Positions 7,217 through 14,818 of a stretch of DNA of 18,379 nt are shown piece after piece (position 1 is the stretch's first letter; each line of letters begins with the position of its first letter). Under the pieces are notes generated by a model that saw only the letters and a list, made by a program, of their open reading frames with translations, was not told where the DNA came from and did no database searches. Both the position numbers and the translations under genes were made by a program. The stretch comes from Pseudomonadota bacterium (GTDB taxonomy: Bacteria > Bdellovibrionota_B > Oligoflexia > Oligoflexales > CAIYRB01), in contig JANOTL010000079.1 in NCBI GenBank assembly GCA_031416315.1, positions 1 to 18,379 of the forward strand. Direction: 5' to 3'.

Positions 7217-8290
7217 ATGCCGCGCACCATGATTCGTTGGGCCGCGTTGGCCGCCGGTTTTCTGGCCGCCGGTTTTCTGGCCGCCGCCTCCACCGCGCCC
7301 GCCGCGCCGGCGACGTTCTACGACTACTGCGTCGACCCGCTGGCGTCGGCGGAGCGGCAGCATACCATGTGGGTCATGATGTACAAGGTCGGCGTCGACC
7401 CCCGCTTCGACGCGACGCATTGCCGTGAGGCCGACGCCCTGCTCTCGCAACGCCGTCATCTGATCCTTTTCCGCTACGCGTGGGAGCCGGCCTGGGAGCC
7501 GATCCGCGATCTGAAGCCGCTGGCGGCGTTGCCACAGCTCGAGTCGCTCTCCCTTTCCTGGAACGAGATCGAGGACGTCACGCCGCTCGCCGCGCTGACC
7601 CATCTGACCTCGCTCAATCTCTGGAAGAACCGTGTCCGCGACCTGAGCCCGCTATCGGGACTCGTACGCCTTCGGGACCTGACGCTGAGCGACAACGCGG
7701 TCGAGGACCTCGCGCCGCTGGCGCCGTTGAAGAGCCTCACCTCGCTTTCCTTATCCGACAATCAGGTGAAGGAGCTGGCGCCGTTGGCGGGCCTGCGCTT
7801 TCTCGATTCGCTTTGGATCGACGGCAACCAGATCACGTCCCTAGCGCCGCTCGCGCGCCTCACGCGTTTGGCCTATCTCTCCGCAGACCGCAACCGGATC
7901 GACGACCTGGCGCCGCTCGCCGCGATGACCGCGATGACCCATCTCGCCGTCGGGGAGAATGCGGTCACGAGCGTCGAGCCCCTACGCTCCCTGGTCCGTC
8001 TCGACGCGCTCGACTTGGGTCATAACCTCATCGAGGACGTTGGCCCCCTCGCACCGCTCACCGTTTTGCGTTGGCTCGACCTCGACGACAATAGGGTCCG
8101 CGAGCTCGCGCCTTTGGCAGAGGCCTTCGACCTTCAGCACCTTTATCTGGAAGGGAATCGCCTCTGCGAGGTCCCGACCGCGATCCGGGAGCTCCAGGCG
8201 GAGCATCCGAACTCGGAGAACGTGTGGATCCACCTCGCTCTCGACGGCGAGGCCTTGGACCAGGACCGGACGGGCTGCCCCGCGCGATGA
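7217..8290 (+). CDS. Secreted leucine-rich repeat protein (internalin/SDS22-like)
   Basis: Signal peptide; two-Cys N-cap (FYDYC...HC); ten 22-aa repeats of the form IxDLxPLAxLxxLxxLxLxxNx; two C-terminal Cys. Confidence 0.92.
   Translation: MPRTMIRWAALAAGFLAAGFLAAASTAPAAPATFYDYCVDPLASAERQHTMWVMMYKVGVDPRFDATHCREADALLSQRRHLILFRYAWEPAWEPIRDLKPLAALPQLESLSLSWNEIEDVTPLAALTHLTSLNLWKNRVRDLSPLSGLVRLRDLTLSDNAVEDLAPLAPLKSLTSLSLSDNQVKELAPLAGLRFLDSLWIDGNQITSLAPLARLTRLAYLSADRNRIDDLAPLAAMTAMTHLAVGENAVTSVEPLRSLVRLDALDLGHNLIEDVGPLAPLTVLRWLDLDDNRVRELAPLAEAFDLQHLYLEGNRLCEVPTAIRELQAEHPNSENVWIHLALDGEALDQDRTGCPAR
7248..7286 (+). repeat. 15-bp tandem duplication in the signal peptide
   Basis: TGGCCGCCGGTTTTC x2 plus a 9-bp partial copy, encoding LAAGF-LAAGF-LAA. 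Confidence 0.9.
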
Positions 8291-10578
8291 AGCGTTCCGC
8301 GACGGCGCCGGAGGTAGCGGACCTGGCGCTCGTCGGCGGTGGTCACAGTCATGCTTTGCTCCTGCGCATGCTGGCTATGGACCCAGTCCCCGGTCTCCGC
8401 GTCACGCTGATCTCCGACGTCTCGCATGCGCCCTATTCCGGCATGCTCCCCGGGCTCGTCGCGGGGCTTTATACCTTCGACGAGGCGCATATCGACCTGC
8501 GCCGCTTGGCTACGCTCGCGGGCGCGGCATTCGTGCACGCCGCGGTGACGGGAGTCGATACTAAACAAAGACTCGTTCACTGCGACGGCGCCGGCCGTCC
8601 ACCGCTGCGCTATGACGTGCTCTCATTGAACGTCGGCAGCCGGCCTGCGCCGACGGGCGTTCCGGGCGCCCTCGAGCACGCCATCCCGGCGAAGCCGGTG
8701 CCGCGCCTCATCGCGGCGATCGAAGCGCTCGCGACGCGCATCGAGGGCGCGAGCTCGGCCTCGTCCCCGTCGCGGGTGACGCTGGTCGGCGGCGGCGCCG
8801 GCGGCACCGAGCTCGCGCTCGCGTTGACCGCCCGTTTTGGCGCGCGCTTGGCTCTGACTTTGATCCACGAGGGACCGGCCCTCGTTCCCAGTTTTCCCGC
8901 CTCCGTACGCGCGAAACTCGAAGGCCTTCTCCGCACCCGCGGCGCCAGCCTCGTCCTGGGCCAAAAGGTCGTCGCCGTCGATGCGGGCACAGCCCGCCTC
9001 GCCAGCGGCACGGAGCTCGCGCACGATCTCATCTTGTGGATCACGACGCCCTCGCCCCAGCCCTGGCTCGCGCAGACCGGCCTCGAGCTCGATGCTCACG
9101 GCTTCCTTCGCGTCCGCGCCACCTTGCAAACGCCGACGCACCCGGAGGTCTTCGCGGCCGGCGACTGCGCCACGATCGACGCGGCGCCCCGCGACAAATC
9201 GGGAGTCTATGCCGTTCGCCACGCCCGGCCGCTCTCGGCGAATCTGCGCCGCTTTTTGCGCCAGGAGCCCTGCGTCGCCTTCAGGCCGCAGCGCCGCTAC
9301 CTCAGCCTCGTCGGCACGGGCGACCGCCGCGCCATCGGTGCCCGTCCCGGCGGGCTGCTCGCCGTCTCCGGCGCCTGGGTCTGGAGCCTGAAAGACCGCA
9401 TCGACCGCGCCTTCATGGATCAGTTCGCGGCGATGACGCCCGCCACGATGCGCGTCTCGCCGGTGTCTAACCCCTTGGCGCAGGTCGAGGCGTTGACCCG
9501 ACGCCGCGACGAGCGTTGCGCCGGCTGCGCCGCTAAGGTCGGTGCCGACGTTCTCGGCGAGGTGCTCGGGCGGCTCGATGCCGCGACGCTCGCAAGCTAT
9601 TCCGGGGTGCCTGCCGGTCGCCAGGCCTTGCCGCTACCGCCCCGCGACGATGCGGCACTCGTCTCAGTCCCCGCGGGCATGCAGCTCGTGCAAAGCGTCG
9701 ACTACCTCACCGAGCTCGTCTCCGACCCGTACGTCTTCGGCCAGATCGCCGCGCACCATGCGTTCTCCGACGTCTTCGCCATGGGTGCTTCGCCGCACTC
9801 GGCGCTCGCGCTCGTGCACGCGCCGCTCGCGGCCAAGCCGCAGATGACCGAGCGCCTCTATCAAATGCTCGCCGGCGTCGCGCAGGCGACTGAAGCGTCC
9901 GGTGCCCTTTTGATCGGCGGCCATACTGGCGAAGGCGCCGAAGCCGGCATCGGCCTCACCGTGAACGGCGTCGTCCGCGAAGGCGCGGCGCTGCGGAAGG
10001 GCGGCGCGCGGATCGGCGACGCGCTCGTCGTGACCAAAGCGCTCGGCATCGGGACCATTTTCGCCGCCGCCATGCGCGCCGCCGCCAAAGGCGCATGGAT
10101 CGACGCCGCCGTCGCCTCGATGCTGGTCTCGAACCGCGGGGCCGCCGAGATTCTGCGCGCTTTCACCGTCCACGCCCTCACCGATGTGACCGGCTTTGGC
10201 CTCGCCGGCCATCTCGGCGAGATGCTGCGCGCGAGCGGGACCGGTTGCGGCGCGGCGCTACGTCTCGCGAGTCTCCCGATCCTCCCCGGCGCGCGCGAGA
10301 CGGCGCAGCGCGGGATCCTCAGCACGCTCCACCCGCACAATCTCGCCGCGTCCAGTCTTTTGACCTACCGTCCGGCGCTGGCCACGACGCCCGAATGGCC
10401 GCTCCTCTTCGATCCGCAAACCTCTGGCGGCCTCCTCGCCGCCGTCCCTGCCGGCGAGGCCGAGAGCCTCGTCGCCGCGCTGCGCGTGAGCGGTCTCGCC
10501 TCCGCGACCATCATCGGCACCGTGTGCGAGCGTGACCCTCAACTTCCAACAGGTGGCGGATGGATCGACATCTCTTAG
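8287..10578 (+). CDS. selD: Selenide, water dikinase (SelD) fused to an N-terminal FAD/NAD(P)-dependent NDH-2-like oxidoreductase
   Basis: N-terminal LVGGGHSH, YSGMLPG, VGGGAGG, FAAGDC. C-terminal RCAGCAAKV, DDAA, QSVDY, SDVFAMG, GGHT, DVTGFGLAGHL, DPQTSGGLL. Start placed at ATG 8287 (ATGA overlap with the LRR stop) instead of GTG 8224. Confidence 0.95.
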   Translation: MKRSATAPEVADLALVGGGHSHALLLRMLAMDPVPGLRVTLISDVSHAPYSGMLPGLVAGLYTFDEAHIDLRRLATLAGAAFVHAAVTGVDTKQRLVHCDGAGRPPLRYDVLSLNVGSRPAPTGVPGALEHAIPAKPVPRLIAAIEALATRIEGASSASSPSRVTLVGGGAGGTELALALTARFGARLALTLIHEGPALVPSFPASVRAKLEGLLRTRGASLVLGQKVVAVDAGTARLASGTELAHDLILWITTPSPQPWLAQTGLELDAHGFLRVRATLQTPTHPEVFAAGDCATIDAAPRDKSGVYAVRHARPLSANLRRFLRQEPCVAFRPQRRYLSLVGTGDRRAIGARPGGLLAVSGAWVWSLKDRIDRAFMDQFAAMTPATMRVSPVSNPLAQVEALTRRRDERCAGCAAKVGADVLGEVLGRLDAATLASYSGVPAGRQALPLPPRDDAALVSVPAGMQLVQSVDYLTELVSDPYVFGQIAAHHAFSDVFAMGASPHSALALVHAPLAAKPQMTERLYQMLAGVAQATEASGALLIGGHTGEGAEAGIGLTVNGVVREGAALRKGGARIGDALVVTKALGIGTIFAAAMRAAAKGAWIDAAVASMLVSNRGAAEILRAFTVHALTDVTGFGLAGHLGEMLRASGTGCGAALRLASLPILPGARETAQRGILSTLHPHNLAASSLLTYRPALATTPEWPLLFDPQTSGGLLAAVPAGEAESLVAALRVSGLASATIIGTVCERDPQLPTGGGWIDIS

Positions 10579-11687
10579 GCGGTCTGAAGCCCGCGCAATT
10601 CCTGCGCCGCCATTGGCAAAAGAAGCCGCTTCTCGTCCGCGGCGCCTTTCCGGCGTTCGCGGATCCCTTGTCGCCGGACGAGCTCGCCGGGCTCGCGATG
10701 GAGGCTTTCCTACCCTCACGCCTCGTGATGGAGCGCGGCGGCAAGAAGCCCTGGGAGCTTAGGCGCGGGCCATTCGACGACGCGACCCTGCGCAAGCTGC
10801 CGACCTCGCACTGGACCCTCCTCGTGCAGGAGGTCGACCGCGTGTTGCCCGAAGCTGCCGCCATCGTCGACCGCTTCGACTTCGTTCCCGGCTGGCGTGC
10901 CGACGACTTGATGGTGAGCTTCGCGCCGACAGAAGGGACGGTCGGCCCACACGTCGACAGCTACGACGTCTTCTTGATCCAGGGCATGGGCCGCCGCCGC
11001 TGGCAGATCGCCGAGCGCTACGACGAGACCCTTCGCAAAGGCGTCGACCTCAAGATCCTAAAGAGCTTCGTCCCGAAGCAGGAATGGATCCTCGAGCCCG
11101 GCGACATGCTGTACTTGCCGCCCGGGGTCGCGCACCACGGCGTCGCCCTTGAGAACTGCATGACCTACTCGGTAGGCTTCCGCGCGCCCTCACATGCTGG
11201 CCTCCTCCAGGGTCTCTACCAGCTCCCCGAAGGCGCCGTCCGACCCTTTGAGACCGAGACGCTCTACCGCGACGCCGGGCGCAAGCCGACGACCACTCCC
11301 GGTGGGCTCGACCGCGAGGACTTGGAGCGCATCAGGGAGATCGTCAGCGCGCCGCTGAAGGACGACGACGTCTTGGCGCGCTGGTTCCTGAGCCATGTCA
11401 CACGAGGTCACGCTGAGGCGCCGTCCTCGGCTGAGCGCCGCCCGCAAATGGCCCAGCACAAGACCCGGGACGGTCGCCTGTTCTTCTACGTCGACGGGCG
11501 CGAGGAAGAGATCGACCCCGCCCTCCTCACGTTGGCGCGCTATCTCGCTTCGACGCGGGCTCCCGACCCGGAGCGCTTGCGCGCGCTTTTGCCGCCAGGG
11601 AAAAAAGCCGAAGTTGCCAAGAAATTCCTGAGCCTTCTGCGGAAGTCGGGCGCCCTGCGCGGCGTCAGGTTGCGCACGGTCCGCTAG
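10560..11687 (+). CDS. roxA: JmjC/cupin 2-oxoglutarate-Fe(II) oxygenase, YcfD/RoxA (uL16 arginine hydroxylase) family
   Basis: FLRRHWQKKPLL, DELAGLAME, WTLLVQEVD, WRADDLMVSFA, VGPHVDSYDVFLIQG (HxD), LEPGDMLYLPPGVAHHG, TYSVGFRAP. Overlaps the selD end by 19 bp. Confidence 0.88.
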   Translation: MDRHLLGGLKPAQFLRRHWQKKPLLVRGAFPAFADPLSPDELAGLAMEAFLPSRLVMERGGKKPWELRRGPFDDATLRKLPTSHWTLLVQEVDRVLPEAAAIVDRFDFVPGWRADDLMVSFAPTEGTVGPHVDSYDVFLIQGMGRRRWQIAERYDETLRKGVDLKILKSFVPKQEWILEPGDMLYLPPGVAHHGVALENCMTYSVGFRAPSHAGLLQGLYQLPEGAVRPFETETLYRDAGRKPTTTPGGLDREDLERIREIVSAPLKDDDVLARWFLSHVTRGHAEAPSSAERRPQMAQHKTRDGRLFFYVDGREEEIDPALLTLARYLASTRAPDPERLRALLPPGKKAEVAKKFLSLLRKSGALRGVRLRTVR

Positions 11688-11753
11688 ATCTGTTGAAATG
11701 GAAGGATCCGAACAGTCCCTAGTTTTCGCCGTCCTCAAGCAAGGATCCACGCC

Positions 11754-12893
11754 GTGGAAACCACCGCCTCCGTTCTGACGCATCCCAGCGCCGTCGCCAA
11801 CCCGGGCGTCGCCACGCCGGCGCGTCCGGCGAAGCTGCCCTATCTGCTCTCGCCGTCCCTAGACGTGCTGATGATCGGCGGCGCTTCTATCCTCCTCTTC
11901 TGCATCTCCTGGCTCGCGATCGACAAAGGATCCAGCACCTCACAAATCTCCTGGGCCGCGTTTTACCTCGCGTTCGCGATCAACAACCCGCACTTCATGG
12001 CGTCCTACGTCTTGCTCTATTGGGACAAACGCGCGCAGCTCTTGAAGCAGCCGCGTTTTCTTTGGGCGGCAGTCATCGCGCCGTCTTTGATCATCGCGTA
12101 CATGATCGGATGCGTCGCCTTCGCATCGCCGCGCTTCCTCAGCTACGCCGTCAACTTCATGTACTTCACGGTCGGCTGGCACTACATCAAGCAGATCTAC
12201 GGCACGATCGTCGTCACGTCAGCGCGCCGCGGCTACTACTTCGCGCCCAACGAGGCGAAGACCCTGAAAGCCTGTCTCTTTCCGGTCTGGATGCTGTCCT
12301 ACCTGAATGGCAATGCCGGCGTCCGCGAGCTGATGCACTACGGCGTCGGCTACAAGACTCTGGCCTTCCCGCTCTGGGTTCAGACCCTCAACTGGGGCCT
12401 GCTCGTCGGCAGCGCCGGCATCATCATCGCGCTCGTCGTGCGCAAATACATCCGCGAGGGGAAGCTCCCGGGTCCCGCCGCGATCACCTCGCTCGCCGCG
12501 ATCTACATCTGGTACATGCCGAGCTTCTATCACGCCCACTTTTGGTACATGATCCCGTTCTTCCACTCGCTGCAGTACATGCTCTTCGTCGCCGCGATCA
12601 AGAAAAACCAGTACCACGACGAAGCCGTGCTCGCTGCCCCGAACGACCCGCCGAAGCAACGACTGACCTTCCTCCAAAAGTACTGGGGCTTCGTCGCCTT
12701 CATCGGGCTCAGCGCCTACTTGAGCTTCAAGTTCGTGCCGAACGTCCTCGACGCCAACGTCGACTACGACAAGAATATGTTCGGCAAAGAGATCTGGATG
12801 TTCGCATTCATCACGTTCATCAACATCCACCACTACTTCATCGATAACGTCATCTGGCGTCGCGACAACGAGATGCTCAGGAAGTATCTGTAG
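11754..12893 (+). CDS. Uncharacterised polytopic membrane protein with His/Gln motifs
   Basis: About 9-10 hydrophobic segments; motifs NNPHFMASY, GWHYIKQIYG, FFHSLQY, NIHHYFIDNVIW; AAGGA RBS before GTG. Confidence 0.88.
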   Translation: METTASVLTHPSAVANPGVATPARPAKLPYLLSPSLDVLMIGGASILLFCISWLAIDKGSSTSQISWAAFYLAFAINNPHFMASYVLLYWDKRAQLLKQPRFLWAAVIAPSLIIAYMIGCVAFASPRFLSYAVNFMYFTVGWHYIKQIYGTIVVTSARRGYYFAPNEAKTLKACLFPVWMLSYLNGNAGVRELMHYGVGYKTLAFPLWVQTLNWGLLVGSAGIIIALVVRKYIREGKLPGPAAITSLAAIYIWYMPSFYHAHFWYMIPFFHSLQYMLFVAAIKKNQYHDEAVLAAPNDPPKQRLTFLQKYWGFVAFIGLSAYLSFKFVPNVLDANVDYDKNMFGKEIWMFAFITFINIHHYFIDNVIWRRDNEMLRKYL

Positions 12894-12912
12894 TTCCGTG
12901 CTCCAAAAGGGA

Positions 12913-12953
12913 AGACCCCGACCCGGTCCCATTTCTGAGGCAGGTCGGGGTCT
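12913..12953. terminator. Inverted repeat between convergent genes
   Basis: AGACCCCGACC (12913-12923) pairs with GGTCGGGGTCT (12943-12953); 19-nt loop; no U-tract. Confidence 0.5.
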
Positions 12954-12965
12954 CGGACGTCCACA

Positions 12966-13646
12966 TTACTGGCAGCGGCGCCAAACCAGACTGAGCACCG
13001 AGGCCACGGGGCCGCCTTCGTTCTCGCCGAAGCGCACCGCCGCCTCGGCATCGCCCGAGGCCGAAACGCGTGCCGTCACGTTCAGGTTCAGCGAGCGCGT
13101 CGCGTCGCACGTCGACCATTTCAGGGTCTCTTCGTCGACCACGTCGTTCACGCTGAACGCTTGCGCTTCGAGCGGTCCGGCGAGCTCGGTGGCGAAGCGC
13201 GCCGTGTCGTCGCTGCCCTGGAAGTAGTGCAGGCTGCCGACCTCGGCCAGCGCACCTTCCGTGGCGCTAACCGTGCCGCCGTAGTCGAGGCTTTTCACGG
13301 CGTACTGCCAGCCGTCGGTGTAGCCGAGGTCGATGTTCAGCTGGCAGTTTTTGCGCTGCTCGCGAAACGGGATGTCCGGACCGGCGGCGGCCGTGAACGG
13401 CGCCCAGCTGATGACGAAGGAGGTGCCTTCGACGGGAACGTTCGCGGTCACGCTGTTCGCCGGGCAGCCGGTACCGGCGTAGCTGAAGCCGCGCAGCTCG
13501 ACCCATTCGGGGCGCTCCGGCGGCAGGTTTGGATCGTCGTCGTCCCGTCCGTCGTCGTCCGCGAAGGCGGATCCCGTGGCGGCCAAGATCCAGGTTGCCG
13601 CGGCCGTGGCCACGAGCACCGCTTGAAATTTCGTCGTGCGCATCAT
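12966..13646 (-). CDS. Secreted DUF4360-family protein
   Basis: Signal peptide (AFA-D); YAGTGCP, RKNCQLNIDL, GWQYAV...DYGG, WSTC, SLNLN, C-terminal WRRC; GGGGAGGG RBS. Confidence 0.88.
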   Translation of the reverse strand: MMRTTKFQAVLVATAAATWILAATGSAFADDDGRDDDDPNLPPERPEWVELRGFSYAGTGCPANSVTANVPVEGTSFVISWAPFTAAAGPDIPFREQRKNCQLNIDLGYTDGWQYAVKSLDYGGTVSATEGALAEVGSLHYFQGSDDTARFATELAGPLEAQAFSVNDVVDEETLKWSTCDATRSLNLNVTARVSASGDAEAAVRFGENEGGPVASVLSLVWRRCQ

Positions 13647-13719
13647 GTCGAACCCTCCCCAAGCGTCGAACGCTGTATGACTTGTTTATATTTCCCGACC
13701 GCCGCGCGCACAAGAGGCT

Positions 13720-13772
13720 CAGGGAACAAACCGTTCCCTGTGTTCCCTAAAGGTCGCGAAACAAGGGAACAC
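13720..13772. repeat. Four AGGGAAC/GTTCCCT motifs forming two adjacent inverted repeats
   Basis: CAGGGAAC-AAACC-GTTCCCTG (13720-13740) and GTGTTCCCT-N15-AGGGAACAC (13740-13772). Confidence 0.8.
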
Positions 13773-13817
13773 CGCGCCAGGCTGACCCGCCGTCGCGACG
13801 CGATCGTATGAAATTTA

Positions 13818-13852
13818 GGACAATTGTCCGCCTCTTGCGCAGCCGCTACTCT
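13818..13852 (+). promoter_or_regulatory. sigma70-like promoter with a palindrome over the -35 box
   Basis: TTGTCC-N17-TACTCT (13824-13852); perfect 12-bp palindrome GGACAATTGTCC (13818-13829). Confidence 0.5.
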
Positions 13853-13898
13853 CCGCTCTGAAACCCTCTCTCAACGCGCGTCTTTTTTGGAGAACATC

Positions 13899-14732
13899 AT
13901 GCTGAAAGCCCTCGCCGGTGTCGTTCTGACGCTCTTGACCTCGCCCCTCCTCGGCGCCGACGTCGTCACCGAGACGTGCCACTACCGCATCTACAAGCCC
14001 GATGCGCTCAAAGCATTCTTTACCGACATGCTGCCGCGGTGGGGCCTGGCCCCCTTGCCGGCGAGCTTCCGGCTCCCTGGTGAGGGCGAGGGCGATCCCG
14101 CCGGAACGAAGGCCGACCTGATCCCGGTGACGCGCGGCACCGAAGTCGTCGCGACGCTCGCTTATACCGACGACCCGCTACGCGACTCTTCCAGCTTCGA
14201 GCTGCGCGACGCTCGCGGCGCCTCGATCTTGAGCGTCGTCGAGACGCGCGAGAACACCGTGAAGCACATCACCATCAAGGCGGCTCGCGACGCGGAGGAC
14301 TGCTGCGGCGGCCATGCTTCCTTCGAGGTCTTCGCCCCGAACGTTTACGTCGCCAACCACCTCGTCTACGGCGCGCCCGCAGGTTGGGGCACCTTCTCCG
14401 ACGAGTTCGAGGACACCGTCGCTTGGGTCGAGGATTATCTCAAGCGCACGCAGGTGACGGACCAACTCGTCTTCGCGACGAGCATCTCCCGCTTCAACTT
14501 CGCCGTCGCGACCAACCCGCACGTCGTCCCGTATCTCGACCTGATGCGCTTCTCTTACGGCTCCGACGGCGTGACCCTGATCATCGACGGCATCATCCCG
14601 TCGAACGAGATCTACGATCAAATCTTCTACGCCGCCCTCGACGTCGGTCTCTACCGCGTCGACCTCCGCGCCCGCATCGACGGCCGCTACCTTCGCGTCG
14701 ACACCTCGCCGCGCCCCTATCGCTGCCAGTAA
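13899..14732 (+). CDS. Hypothetical secreted protein (277 aa)
   Basis: Start reassigned to ATG 13899, which has a GGAGA RBS and begins the signal peptide MLKALAGVVLTLLTSPLLG; strong GC3 bias; no family recognised. Confidence 0.8.
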   Translation: MLKALAGVVLTLLTSPLLGADVVTETCHYRIYKPDALKAFFTDMLPRWGLAPLPASFRLPGEGEGDPAGTKADLIPVTRGTEVVATLAYTDDPLRDSSSFELRDARGASILSVVETRENTVKHITIKAARDAEDCCGGHASFEVFAPNVYVANHLVYGAPAGWGTFSDEFEDTVAWVEDYLKRTQVTDQLVFATSISRFNFAVATNPHVVPYLDLMRFSYGSDGVTLIIDGIIPSNEIYDQIFYAALDVGLYRVDLRARIDGRYLRVDTSPRPYRCQ

Positions 14733-14740
14733 CCTACCGC

Positions 14741-14805
14741 CTCTGCGTTCTCTGCGTCCTCTGCGGTATAATGACTTCATGGTTTTTACCGCAGAGAACG
14801 CAGAG
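14741..14805. repeat. REP-like palindrome with 9-bp periodic arms between convergent genes
   Basis: CTCTGCGTT-CTCTGCGTC-CTCTGCGGTA (14741-14768), an AT-rich 18-nt spacer, then TACCGCAGAG-AACGCAGAG (14787-14805). Confidence 0.85.
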
Positions 14806-14818
14806 ACTGCCGCCCGTA

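Noticed and set aside
8224..8286. GTG start of selD at 8224
   Set aside because: It lies inside the LRR gene; ATG 8287 gives a standard ATGA overlap just before the Rossmann motif.
9517..9528. Selenocysteine (UGA) at the SelD active site
   Set aside because: Both residues of CAGC are TGC codons and the frame has no internal TGA. The thioredoxin WCPPC is also Cys-encoded.
12020..12932. Alternative ORFs 12020-12847 (+) and 12219-12932 (-)
   Set aside because: Off-frame or antisense shadows of the membrane protein gene.
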